Virus record (IMG/VR): IMGVR_UViG_3300042208_000036
Coordinates: 1-46,716 of that record
DNA length: 46,716 nt
Direction: 5' to 3' (one strand)
Source of the DNA: a virus
Lineage: Duplodnaviria > Caudoviricetes
Made by a program: the position numbers and the translations under genes. The notes below the pieces were generated by a model. That model was not told the DNA's origin. It saw only the letters and a list, made by a program, of their open reading frames with translations, and did not search any database. Positions 26,005 to 35,380 of the stretch are shown piece by piece; position 1 is the first letter of the stretch, and every line of letters begins with the position of its first letter.

Positions 26005-26272
26005 TTATAAATTCCTTTATGCTATATATTTTTTCTCTACATTGTTCAGCTGACTTATAAAGCCTTACCATATAATCAGCAGCTTCACTTTGCATAGTAA
26101 TATTTGGAACTTTTGGAATTTCACTGCATTCTAAAAGTTCATTTGGTACTTGCTGTTTTTCTATCTTGATTTGTGTTATTACTTTTGGTGTTACCACCTT
26201 GGAGTTGTTGCAACCTGTTAAAAGTATTAACAAGAACAGGAGCTGCAATCCCATCATCTTTTTCTTTAACAT
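25994..26272 (-). CDS. o-spanin (Rz1-like lipoprotein)
   Basis: Lipobox LLTGC, VPNELLEC; overlaps the i-spanin gene. Confidence 0.75.
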   Translation of the reverse strand: MLKKKMMGLQLLFLLILLTGCNNSKVVTPKVITQIKIEKQQVPNELLECSEIPKVPNITMQSEAADYMVRLYKSAEQCREKIYSIKEFINAR

Positions 26273-26609
26273 ACCTAATCTCCTCTATAATTTTTGAGTA
26301 TTCTATTGCTCTTGATAATTCTTTTTTATGTTGAGCTCTCATGATTTCAAATGCTTTATTTGTTTCTTGTTTAAATTTACTAAATGCTTTTTCATTTTCT
26401 TTATTTACCTGAATTGCATCTTCTAGTTTGCTGTTTAACACTGCATTTATTTCAGTTAGATTTAATATCTCTTTTTGTTGGTTTAATATTTTGTTTTTTT
26501 GATAATAAATATACCCACCTGTTGCAACAATTACTAATGCTATACCAATATATAACAATGTGTTTGATTTGTTAAAAATGAAGCTTTTTATTGCAGTAAG
26601 CCATACCAT
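26139..26609 (-). CDS. i-spanin (Rz-like)
   Basis: N-terminal TM plus coiled coil, after the endolysin. Confidence 0.75.
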   Translation of the reverse strand: MVWLTAIKSFIFNKSNTLLYIGIALVIVATGGYIYYQKNKILNQQKEILNLTEINAVLNSKLEDAIQVNKENEKAFSKFKQETNKAFEIMRAQHKKELSRAIEYSKIIEEIRYVKEKDDGIAAPVLVNTFNRLQQLQGGNTKSNNTNQDRKTASTK

Positions 26610-27151
26610 CTTTTAATCCTTTCAACATAAGTAATTGTCTCTTTACTATGATGTCCTGTAATATCTTTTAGGCATGGTTTTATATCATCCCATAATTTTG
26701 CATTGCCGCATTTCTTTTGTGCTTTTAAGATGCTTCCCATACCTGCATTGTAACTTGCTTGAGCTAACTTATTTTTTTCTATAACTGGTCTATTCCAACT
26801 CCATCCATTTCTAAGCTTTCTCATGTAGTAGGCACCAGCATAAATTGCATAGCTTGGTATAAAGGCATTTGAATAAACTGGATAGTCTAATTCTTTGCTT
26901 ATTTGTTCCCATGTTTTTGGCATAAACTGTGCTAGTCCCATGGCACCAACTGGAGATACTGCATCACTTTTTAATCTGCTCTCTTGATAAAGTTGTGCTT
27001 TCCAATACTTCCACTCTTCAAAATCTGCCCAGTAGAGCTTTACGCTCTTTTGAATCTGGGCATCATATTTTGAACTAAAAGAAACTGCTGACAATGATTG
27101 CGATAGCAATAAGCCTACCAGCAAAATAAATACCGAGTGCTTTTGAATCAT
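26588..27151 (-). CDS. Endolysin, SLT lytic transglycosylase with signal peptide
   Basis: QESR, SPVGAMGLAQFMP, ASYNAG, ETITYV; likely start MIQKH. Confidence 0.9.
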   Translation of the reverse strand: MIQKHSVFILLVGLLLSQSLSAVSFSSKYDAQIQKSVKLYWADFEEWKYWKAQLYQESRLKSDAVSPVGAMGLAQFMPKTWEQISKELDYPVYSNAFIPSYAIYAGAYYMRKLRNGWSWNRPVIEKNKLAQASYNAGMGSILKAQKKCGNAKLWDDIKPCLKDITGHHSKETITYVERIKRWYGLLQ

Positions 27152-27290
27152 GTCTAACCTTTTCAAATTCAGTTTTAAAATCAAGTCCTATCATTTTGTC
27201 TGATAGTCTTGCTGTCATCCAAGTAAACCCAAGGGTAACTAATGCGTAAAACAGTTTTATTAAAAAATCCATTAGTAAAAACTTGTCCAT
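27075..27290 (-). CDS. Putative holin
   Basis: 71 aa, two TM segments, upstream of the endolysin. Confidence 0.6.
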   Translation of the reverse strand: MDKFLLMDFLIKLFYALVTLGFTWMTARLSDKMIGLDFKTEFEKVRHDSKALGIYFAGRLIAIAIIVSSFF

Positions 27291-27299
27291 ATTTTTCCT

Positions 27300-27707
27300 T
27301 TATTTATATAGCCACCCTATGACGGCAGCTAAAATCATATTAAATAGTGTAAAGTATCCCATTGATTTGTACATAAACTTTTTAATATCTTCAACATCAA
27401 AAAGAATACCTCCACGCCCATCTTTTCCATAAACAGTTCTGTTTAAAGTAGTAACTTCATTTCTAAGCTCTTTTGTTTCAGCAATTTGTGTGTCTAGCTT
27501 ATCAATTCTTTTGTGAACTCTAGTGAAGCTCTCTCTTAAATTTGCATCCATGTTCTCAATTTTTTCATTGATAACTGCAATGCTTTTAAGAGATTCTGTT
27601 AAATTGTGAAGCTCTGTGACTACTCTATTTAAGTTTTCCGATAGAGCTTTAAACTCATAATCGTGCCTAATCACTTTCTCCCTTATTTCTTCATCTGATA
27701 ATGGCAC
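27300..27707 (-). CDS. Coiled-coil protein with C-terminal TM (lysis region)
   Basis: FTRVHKRIDKLD coil and hydrophobic tail. Confidence 0.65.
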   Translation of the reverse strand: MPLSDEEIREKVIRHDYEFKALSENLNRVVTELHNLTESLKSIAVINEKIENMDANLRESFTRVHKRIDKLDTQIAETKELRNEVTTLNRTVYGKDGRGGILFDVEDIKKFMYKSMGYFTLFNMILAAVIGWLYK

Positions 27708-27708
27708 C

Positions 27709-27957
27709 TTATTCTCCTATACTCTTCATGCAGTGTTCACTTTCAAGCATTCTTAAAAATTTGCATAACAATTTTTCGAATCTATTTGCTTTTCCAGCTT
27801 TTATTCTTCTTCCAACATGAGAGCTAATAGTTTCATCTTGGCTACCATTCCAGAGAAGAACATTTCCCATTTGGTCCAGCACTAAAAGAAATCTTAAAAG
27901 TCTAGATCTCTTCTGCATGTCTGTTTCAAATTTTAAAATAAGCTCTTCTCTATCCAT
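27709..27957 (-). CDS. Conserved phage hypothetical protein
   Basis: LDQMGNVL..G..DETISS..G...HC motif. Confidence 0.7.
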   Translation of the reverse strand: MDREELILKFETDMQKRSRLLRFLLVLDQMGNVLLWNGSQDETISSHVGRRIKAGKANRFEKLLCKFLRMLESEHCMKSIGE

Positions 27958-27967
27958 CCCTCAATCC

Positions 27968-28435
27968 TTACCCAGCAAAGTTAAAAGCTGGTAATTCTGC
28001 TAAAAACTCATCTTTAGCTGGTAATGTTCTAGTTCCTGCAAATACTGAAGCTTGAATCAATCTTGCTGTTTCCCAAACTGTAACATTCCAGTTCCAAACT
28101 GCTAAACAAAAACCTTGATGTGCATAATCAGTGTTATCTTTATAGTTTGCACAGCTATGAACATCTCTAAACTGTAAACCATTTGCTTTGTTATAAGCAT
28201 CAACTTCTTTTTGGATGTATTCTTCAACATATCCAGTAAACTCTTTTACAGTTGCTTCTTTTGTAGCAGCTGCTAACTCTTCATCTCTTTTAGCTATGGC
28301 AGTTTCAACTTCGTTTTTTTCAACTTCTGTTTTTGTATCAAGATAAACATGTTTCTCTCCACTCATTACAACTATTCTTTTTGTTTGTTCTGACAAAATG
28401 TCGACCAATGGTCTTGCGTTAATTTGCTCTTGCAT
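27968..28435 (-). CDS. Tail fibre assembly-like protein
   Basis: IQKEVD...SCANY...WNVTVW...FLAELP pattern; overlaps the RT stop. Confidence 0.6.
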   Translation of the reverse strand: MQEQINARPLVDILSEQTKRIVVMSGEKHVYLDTKTEVEKNEVETAIAKRDEELAAATKEATVKEFTGYVEEYIQKEVDAYNKANGLQFRDVHSCANYKDNTDYAHQGFCLAVWNWNVTVWETARLIQASVFAGTRTLPAKDEFLAELPAFNFAG

Positions 28436-29417
28436 ATTCTAGTTCTCCTCTTAGTAAATTTAGTAAATTAAAACTATCTGCTCTTACTACATGCCCAAGC
28501 CATGAAGAAAGAAATATTCTCAATTTCTCAAATAGCTTTAATCTAATAAATCTTTTTATATGTCTTCTTGCTCTTGTAACAGAGTCTTTTCTTATTAGTT
28601 TAAAAGTTGATTTAATTCTCATTCCCAAGAAGTTAATAAACTGAACATCTGCTTTTTGAATAAACCACTTGCTGAATTTCAACTTCATATATAAATTTAT
28701 AAACCTATTTAGAACTTTTTGAAGTCTTGTTAATTCTTCTTTGCTGTGGCTAAGAATTACAGTGTCATCCATATATCTAAAATAGTGTTTTATTCTAAGT
28801 TTCGTTTTTATAAAAGCATCAAAAATATGTCCATAAATATTTGCGAATAACTGGCTTAATAGATTTCCAATCATTACACCTTTTTCACAGATAAATTTAA
28901 AAATAAGCCTTAGTGTTTTTCTATCTGTAATTTTCTTTTGAATTTTTTGTTTTAAAAGATTTGAATAAATGCTATGGAAGTACTTGCTGAAATCCATTTT
29001 TAAAAAAAATACTTCTCCAGCTTTTTTCATTTTTCTCAATGTAGATTGAACTTTATTGATACCTTTGTGAGTGCCTTTGTTTTTTCTACACGCATAAGAA
29101 GTACTATAAAAAGTTTTTTCAAATATTGGTTCTATCACATTGTTTATTGCATGTTGTACAACTCTATCCCTAAATGGTAATGAGTTAATTATTCTCTTTT
29201 TTGGCTCATAAACTAAAAAGCTATAATACTCTCCAATTTTATATGTCTCATTTATCATCTTTTGTTGTAAAATATATAGATTTGCTTCAAGGTTTTCTTT
29301 GAATTTTAAATGACCACTGCTATATCTATTTCCACCTTTCAATGCTTTTTTATATGCATCTCTTAGGTTGTCAATATCAACAATTTTGTCAAAAAGGTTT
29401 CTATATTTTTTACCCAA
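28419..29417 (-). CDS. DGR reverse transcriptase
   Basis: FRDRVVQHA, KMDFSKYF, IGNLLSQLFAN (DGR-type SQ), YFRYMDD. Confidence 0.97.
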   Translation of the reverse strand: MGKKYRNLFDKIVDIDNLRDAYKKALKGGNRYSSGHLKFKENLEANLYILQQKMINETYKIGEYYSFLVYEPKKRIINSLPFRDRVVQHAINNVIEPIFEKTFYSTSYACRKNKGTHKGINKVQSTLRKMKKAGEVFFLKMDFSKYFHSIYSNLLKQKIQKKITDRKTLRLIFKFICEKGVMIGNLLSQLFANIYGHIFDAFIKTKLRIKHYFRYMDDTVILSHSKEELTRLQKVLNRFINLYMKLKFSKWFIQKADVQFINFLGMRIKSTFKLIRKDSVTRARRHIKRFIRLKLFEKLRIFLSSWLGHVVRADSFNLLNLLRGELEYARAN

Positions 29418-29578
29418 TTTCTTTTCCTTTTTTTTATGTGCTGTCTTCTAGTTTCGATGTTTCACTACTCTTAGTTTTACAGACCCATTACTTTGTTTGC
29501 TTACGCAGGACAAATAAGCTGACTATTTTTAGTCTCACTACTTAACCCGTAAGTTAAATAAGTGCTATGAATAAATAC

Positions 29579-29697
29579 TCACAAGCGAAACGAGAACCAA
29601 TGTTCCAATTCGAATTCCAAACGTAATTGTTCCAATTCGAGCAACGTGACCCAGCATTCGCCCCATTGTCACGATTGCCACCAAGTTTCACGGTTGT
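29579..29697 (-). repeat. DGR template repeat (TR)
   Basis: Lies between avd and RT; 29 adenines and 9 AAY codons; matches VR1 and VR2 except at adenines. Confidence 0.97.
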
Positions 29698-30047
29698 CTT
29701 ACTTGCCCTTTATTTTTTATCATTGTTCCTACTATTTTTCCAACTTCCGCAAGAAGAATAGAGGCTACTTGATGTCTTCTTGGACTTATAAGCTTTCGTT
29801 TTTCATCTGCTAAAAATCGCAAGTGATAACGAAGCAACACCAAGGAAGCATCTGCTTCATATAATTTACTGATATGATTTGATTTGGCTGCTTTATAAAA
29901 AAGGTCCACTTGTTTAAACACAAGCTTAATGGTCTCTTCTTTTACAATTCCATGTTTTCTAGGAATTTGTTGTAAAACTGGATAAATGTAATTTACAAAT
30001 TCATTGTATTTTTCAATTACCACCAAATCGCTATCATATCTTTTCAT
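29688..30047 (-). CDS. avd: DGR accessory variability determinant
   Basis: 119-aa basic helical protein, EVGKIVG motif, between target and TR. Confidence 0.9.
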   Translation of the reverse strand: MKRYDSDLVVIEKYNEFVNYIYPVLQQIPRKHGIVKEETIKLVFKQVDLFYKAAKSNHISKLYEADASLVLLRYHLRFLADEKRKLISPRRHQVASILLAEVGKIVGTMIKNKGQVRQP

Positions 30048-30071
30048 ATAAACTCCGTTCGCTTCCGCTCA

Positions 30072-31181
30072 CTACACAAGCTTCAAGTGGTCACAAGCGA
30101 AACGAGAACCAACGTTCCAATTCGAATACCAAACGTAACTGCCCCAATTCGAGCAACGTGACCCAGCATTCGCCCCATTGCCACGATCGCCACCAAGTCT
30201 CACGGCTGTTGGAGAGCTTGATGTTGCATATATTTGCCCTCTAGTGTCTGTGTAGTCAACCCATACGAATGTTGTTGTTCCATATCCATTCATAAGGTCT
30301 TTACCCCAAACATATTGAACTCCAGCTGCTTGTTCTATACCAAATTTCGAAGTTAAGTGAGGATAGTGTTCTACTTTTCCAGCTACTGTTTCATAACCAT
30401 CTGTGCTTGAAGATTTACCCTCTGTTACTCCATATGCAATTGTAGGGAATTCATCGTAACCAATCATCTTTTTGCCATGTGAAGCTGCTATCTCACAAAG
30501 TTGAAACCAAGTAAGCTTTCCATATGTCAAAGTTCCATCTCCACCATACATCAGAGGAATTTTTGGAATAAGTCTTCCGTATGATGCAGCACCTGCAGCT
30601 ATAAAAGCTCCAGCTTTTGAAGTTCCATTTGCGATGTGTTCACTGTTTAATAAATAGATGTCATACCATTTACCATTAATATAAACCATACCCTCTGGAT
30701 TACAATTTGGTCTAAATTTTAAATCCCACATAGAGTAAGCATTGATACCTCTGATTTTTACCATGTCAGATTCAGTTTTGTTTCCTGTTGGTGCTTCTGC
30801 TTCTGGAATAAGTCCATAATGGAAACCACCAACAAGCCTATCGGCAGTTATTGTTTTATCTGCACTTATATAAAAAGTACTATCTGCTTTAGCATATACA
30901 TAGTAATCAGTACCTGCGGTTTTTGCACCAGTATCTAAATTTGTATTTAAATCTAAAGTTACATTAGCTGCTACTTCTACTGCTGTTGAACCTACAAGTA
31001 CTTGAGTTCCTGCTGGAATAACAATGCTTGATGGACCAGCTTTTAAAAATAAAGCTTTGTCGTAATCTGGCTTTTTGAAATTTACTGTTAATGCAATCAG
31101 ATTGTTCGCATTTTCTATCTCTTGAAATGTTGTAGTACCGCCACTGTGAATGATACCACTGTCAGTTATTTGAATTCCCAT
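30072..31181 (-). CDS. DGR target 1: major-tropism-determinant-like tail adhesin
   Basis: Follows the tail fibre; CLec-like C-terminus GG...AGSRC...GSRFACD carrying the VR. Confidence 0.9.
   Translation of the reverse strand: MGIQITDSGIIHSGGTTTFQEIENANNLIALTVNFKKPDYDKALFLKAGPSSIVIPAGTQVLVGSTAVEVAANVTLDLNTNLDTGAKTAGTDYYVYAKADSTFYISADKTITADRLVGGFHYGLIPEAEAPTGNKTESDMVKIRGINAYSMWDLKFRPNCNPEGMVYINGKWYDIYLLNSEHIANGTSKAGAFIAAGAASYGRLIPKIPLMYGGDGTLTYGKLTWFQLCEIAASHGKKMIGYDEFPTIAYGVTEGKSSSTDGYETVAGKVEHYPHLTSKFGIEQAAGVQYVWGKDLMNGYGTTTFVWVDYTDTRGQIYATSSSPTAVRLGGDRGNGANAGSRCSNWGSYVWYSNWNVGSRFACDHLKLV
30091..30209 (-). repeat. DGR variable repeat VR1
   Basis: 119 bp against TR with 9 mismatches, all at TR adenines. 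Confidence 0.97.
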
Positions 31182-31191
31182 TTTGTTCTCC

Positions 31192-32862
31192 TTAATCGAT
31201 TAATTTAACTATCGCACCATCATTTACAGTTATGCTGTTAAATGTAACTGGATTGATGAATGCTGCATTTGTATTTGCTGGAATTACTACATCCCCAAGT
31301 GTGTTTGAGTGCATGAAGTCTCCCGTGTCCATGTTTGATAGAAGCTCATTTATTTTTTGTGATGAATAAGTTTTATCAGCTGCTGGAGTAGTGTCGTTGA
31401 TTTTTGCATTTATTGTATTATTAACTTTTTGTGATGACCACACATTTGTTGTATTTGTAACTGTGTCAATAACTAAAGAGCTGTTTGTCATATCAGCACC
31501 GTTATAAACTTGAATAGTATGTGTTGATGTATCACTAAAAGTTATTGTATATGTATCAGTTGCCCCTGACTGTCCAGCTTGTCCACTTGCATCTGTTGTT
31601 GAAGTAAAAGAGATGTCTGTTATAGAAACTCCTGTATCTCCTTTTTCTCCTTTTTCTCCTTGCCCAAATGGTGACCCGCCATCCCAATCTCCAGCTGTAT
31701 CACTTCTTTTAAAATATATTGTAGATGGTTGTACATCTGTTGCAAGGTATGAAAAATCTTTGCCTTGTGCATCATATAAAGAACGATTTGCAAAAGTTCC
31801 AACTGCATCTGGATTAAATGCTTCTCCTCTTTCTCCTTTGAGACCTTGTGGCATATAAAGTGTGTAATTACCACTGTTTTTATCATATGATAAACTTGCA
31901 CTTTCATTTGATGCAATCATTACTACTTTTGGATTAATAGCAATAAGTTCATCTCTTATTTGAATTACTTGAGTTGTTTTTTCTGGCACTTGCAACACTG
32001 TAGACATATTATTTGATACATTTTGCACAGATGCTATATCATTAGCTACAGTGTCTATATTTGTTTTATTGTTTGCAACACTGTCAATATTTGTTTTATT
32101 TAGATTTACACCCTCTATATTGTCAAGGTTTGCTTCTACATCTATGATCTTTTGGATATGATCGTATAGAGACTGTAAGTTTTGTCTAGTATTATAAAGA
32201 TACTGGATCTCATCCTCTTTGTCTGCAAGAGCGATGATTTTGTCTATCCTTTGACCAAGTGCAATAACATCTCCAACACGATTTGCTAAAGTTTGAAGTG
32301 AGCTTGTAGTCTTAGCCCAGTAGTATGTAGGAGTGGCTTCTTTGAAGCTTCCAAGATATGCAGTCAATTCCACTCTATCTATATTTGAAGCACTACCGTC
32401 TGCATCTCTAAATCTAATAAGCTGCGGAGTAGTTCTTATTGCATCTTCTACAGTTAGCTCCGTATTGATAACATTTGCAGCATATAGTGTATGATTTGCA
32501 ATATAGTTTTTGATATCTGCATGAGATGTTAGCTCTAGTGTAACCTCTGTCACACCATCCTCAAGCAATGTCACAAAATCTATATCAAGATTTGTACCAT
32601 CATTCAAAACCAACCTTGCACCGCTATAGCTTACATGCTCTGTATCGCTATTGTTATTGAGTGCTAGATCAATGTCTATCTTTCTGTTACCTAGATAGTT
32701 GCTTTTTTTGAGGTCTTCTGTGATTAGTGAAATATCTATCTCACTTAATTCTTCCAGCCTTTGAATAGATTCCTCATCAAATAAATCTTTAGCTTCTTTA
32801 ATAATCTCAAGGTTTGCTACAAGTTGATTGACATTTGCTATAAAGCTTTCACTTACTTCCAT
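31192..32862 (-). CDS. Tail fibre protein
   Basis: NIDSVANN repeats, collagen-like GEKGEKGDTG, WSSQK/YSSQKI repeats. Confidence 0.8.
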   Translation of the reverse strand: MEVSESFIANVNQLVANLEIIKEAKDLFDEESIQRLEELSEIDISLITEDLKKSNYLGNRKIDIDLALNNNSDTEHVSYSGARLVLNDGTNLDIDFVTLLEDGVTEVTLELTSHADIKNYIANHTLYAANVINTELTVEDAIRTTPQLIRFRDADGSASNIDRVELTAYLGSFKEATPTYYWAKTTSSLQTLANRVGDVIALGQRIDKIIALADKEDEIQYLYNTRQNLQSLYDHIQKIIDVEANLDNIEGVNLNKTNIDSVANNKTNIDTVANDIASVQNVSNNMSTVLQVPEKTTQVIQIRDELIAINPKVVMIASNESASLSYDKNSGNYTLYMPQGLKGERGEAFNPDAVGTFANRSLYDAQGKDFSYLATDVQPSTIYFKRSDTAGDWDGGSPFGQGEKGEKGDTGVSITDISFTSTTDASGQAGQSGATDTYTITFSDTSTHTIQVYNGADMTNSSLVIDTVTNTTNVWSSQKVNNTINAKINDTTPAADKTYSSQKINELLSNMDTGDFMHSNTLGDVVIPANTNAAFINPVTFNSITVNDGAIVKLID

Positions 32863-32864
32863 TG

Positions 32865-33395
32865 TTATACTCCTATTGTGGCTAAATATTTATCTAGCTT
32901 TTCCATAATTTCACTATCTCTTACTTTGTCTGCATATTTTATAAACTCTTGAATAAGATTATTTTCATCATTGTTTATGAAGATATTTTCGTTCACGAAA
33001 AACCTTTCAAAAATATCAAACACTATTTCTTTGAACTCTATCCTTGCATTTACATCTTCGTAGAACATTTGAAGTTTTGGCATAGGAAATAAAAGCTTTA
33101 AAAAATCTATTGATGTTGCTCCACTTTGAATAAATAGTTTAATGTCTTCGATATCATCATTGTCAACAAAAACCATTTTATAAAACATTGGTATTTCTGA
33201 TTCCTCTGTTTCATAAAGTGTTATTGAGAAGTTTCCAGTTGCATCTGTTTGGATTGTTTTTTTTGTAGCTATTTGCCCACTAACATCTAAAGCACTAAGT
33301 TTATTACCATACTTATCGCATAGTATAAATTGAAGTGTTTTGTTTGCATAGTCTTCATCTGTTAAAATTTTTATGTTTCCAGTTATTGTTCTCAT
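32865..33395 (-). CDS. Tail-associated protein
   Basis: TITGNI...TDATGNFSITL beta-sandwich pattern; ATG at 33395. Confidence 0.65.
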   Translation of the reverse strand: MRTITGNIKILTDEDYANKTLQFILCDKYGNKLSALDVSGQIATKKTIQTDATGNFSITLYETEESEIPMFYKMVFVDNDDIEDIKLFIQSGATSIDFLKLLFPMPKLQMFYEDVNARIEFKEIVFDIFERFFVNENIFINNDENNLIQEFIKYADKVRDSEIMEKLDKYLATIGV

Positions 33396-33401
33396 AGTCA
33401 A

Positions 33402-33442
33402 ATACTATTTAAAATATCTGTTTTAAACTAGGTGGGTATTTT
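33402..33442 (-). promoter_or_regulatory. Putative late promoter, copy 2
   Basis: AAAATACCCACCTAGTTT-17nt-TAGTAT. Confidence 0.7.
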
Positions 33443-33485
33443 TTATAATTTTTTTGATATATTATTTAAAAATTTTAGGATAACA

Positions 33486-34034
33486 ATGAAGTATATATTT
33501 TTATTATTGGTTATATTTTTTTTCATTGGCTGTAGCACTAAAGAGGTTGTTAAAAAGGAGCCTTTTAAATTGCCTTATTTTAATAAAGATAAAGCTAATT
33601 TATATATTTTAAATAAACAAGATTTATTTACTTTTTCAAGAGAAAGTGTGATTATTAACTTGGATTGCAATAACTCATCTTATGGTGCCATTGTAAACAC
33701 AATCCAATTTGCTTATTTTCCTTTAGAGCATGGTTCTTGTTCTCTTTTTGTAAATAACTATGATAATTTTAAAGCTGCTTTTGGTAGAAGAGATGGACAA
33801 AAATTAAATTTAAACCTTGAAGCTGGTAAGATTTATTTTGTTGATATTGATTTAAGTATGGATGTTAAGTCTTGGTTTAAATTTGTTTTTACTCCAGTTT
33901 GGATGGATATGGAAGATCCTTTAATTGAATCTTCTATTAAAAATGACTCATTTGAAAAGCTGGAAGATATAATCAACTTTAAACCTATGCTTGGTATAAA
34001 AAGATTATACCCTCCTGAGTCATCATATTTTTAG
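33486..34034 (+). CDS. Moron lipoprotein (DUF2846-like)
   Basis: MKYIFLLLVIFFFIGC lipobox, AGGA RBS, LEAGKIYFV; opposite strand to its neighbours. Confidence 0.75.
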   Translation: MKYIFLLLVIFFFIGCSTKEVVKKEPFKLPYFNKDKANLYILNKQDLFTFSRESVIINLDCNNSSYGAIVNTIQFAYFPLEHGSCSLFVNNYDNFKAAFGRRDGQKLNLNLEAGKIYFVDIDLSMDVKSWFKFVFTPVWMDMEDPLIESSIKNDSFEKLEDIINFKPMLGIKRLYPPESSYF

Positions 34035-34468
34035 CTTTTCCATACGGCATCATATTCTGATTGCTGTTTGTCTCTTTTTTCATACTCTTTTGCAACTCTG
34101 TCTTTTTCCATATCTAGCATATCTTCATTAAATTTCTTTTGTTCGCTGATACCATAGATACTTGCTAAAGCTCCACCAATTGCTCCTATTCCTTGAAGCG
34201 TTCCACCTATGTTTTTACCAGAGAATGCATCCCCAAAGAAATTAGTATCACTTTGCGTTGTTTTTGGCATATCAATAGCTGTGTTTTTAAAATACATGTC
34301 TGTAAATGATGTATTTACTCCTGCTCCTGTATCGATATTTGTTGTATCTAATAGATTATCGAAATTAAAATCTAATGCTGTTGCTGCATCTTCTGTTTTT
34401 GCTTTAGGTTTAAAAACCGTCCAATCTTGATTTGGTTCCCAGTCCATAAATGTTTTTGTCATACTCAT
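34031..34468 (-). CDS. Small internal virion/pilot protein
   Basis: G-rich hydrophobic helix followed by a coiled coil. Confidence 0.55.
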   Translation of the reverse strand: MSMTKTFMDWEPNQDWTVFKPKAKTEDAATALDFNFDNLLDTTNIDTGAGVNTSFTDMYFKNTAIDMPKTTQSDTNFFGDAFSGKNIGGTLQGIGAIGGALASIYGISEQKKFNEDMLDMEKDRVAKEYEKRDKQQSEYDAVWKS

Positions 34469-34477
34469 AAAATCTCC

Positions 34478-35380
34478 TTATACTTGATATCTAATAATTT
34501 CTGGTTTTGTGTCTTCAATATTTAATGCTGGATAATCGATATCCATTGGGTCATTAAAATACCTATCAAAATCAATATCTCTTTGGTTATCTATTCCTAA
34601 AAGATAAGTACTTTGCTCATGGATTGTACTTACACTGTATTCATTGCTTCCTGCTCCTGCATTAAATAAATATCCACCAGCACTTGCTGCATATAAGATA
34701 TCTGGTTCTCCATAGACTTTGTCCCATACTGTATTAAAGTATTCTGCTTTTTGTCCTACGCCTTGAAGCCATTTTTGATAGTCTGCCATAAGGCTGTCAT
34801 ATAAACCTTGAGCTTCTTGGAACTGCATATATGCATCTGCTACACTATATACTCCCATTCCAACTTGAAAATATTGTGAGTTTACAATTGATCCTATACC
34901 ACTTGCATCTGCAAGTAATCCGAATCCTTTTGCACCTGAATAAAGACTACCTACGATTATGATTGAGGCTGTAATGATTTCTAAGTTTTCAAGAATATTT
35001 TCTGAGCCGAATAACTCTCTTTCTATTTTACCTATAGTTCTTACAATATGTGCAGTTAATCTTCCTTCATTGTGCAGACCATCAAGTGCAACTACTGAAG
35101 CAGCAATAAGCCATGGGTTACCTGTTGCAATTCCTACAACTGCACCAAGAGCATATACTGCTGTTTGAAAAATACTTACAAAGGAGTCTCTAAACTTGGT
35201 CCAATCCCCCGTGATGATACCCTCTACCATCCCTACAACGCCTTTAATAACACCTTTAACTACATTAACTGCAAATTCTACAACAGTTTCTATTGTTTCA
35301 ACTACGAAGTCAACTGCCTTTTCGACAACATCTACAACAGCTTCAATTGCTTTTCCTATTGCTTTAACAATTCCGCCCAT
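34478..35380 (-). CDS. Internal virion/ejection protein with N-terminal MGG and amphipathic/TM helices
   Basis: MGGIVKAIGKAIEAVVDVVEKAV...; several hydrophobic helices. Confidence 0.6.
   Translation of the reverse strand: MGGIVKAIGKAIEAVVDVVEKAVDFVVETIETVVEFAVNVVKGVIKGVVGMVEGIITGDWTKFRDSFVSIFQTAVYALGAVVGIATGNPWLIAASVVALDGLHNEGRLTAHIVRTIGKIERELFGSENILENLEIITASIIIVGSLYSGAKGFGLLADASGIGSIVNSQYFQVGMGVYSVADAYMQFQEAQGLYDSLMADYQKWLQGVGQKAEYFNTVWDKVYGEPDILYAASAGGYLFNAGAGSNEYSVSTIHEQSTYLLGIDNQRDIDFDRYFNDPMDIDYPALNIEDTKPEIIRYQV

Noticed and set aside
28419-29417. Group II intron, retron or Abi RT
   Set aside because: No maturase domain; the SQ motif, avd and the TR/VR pairs identify a DGR.
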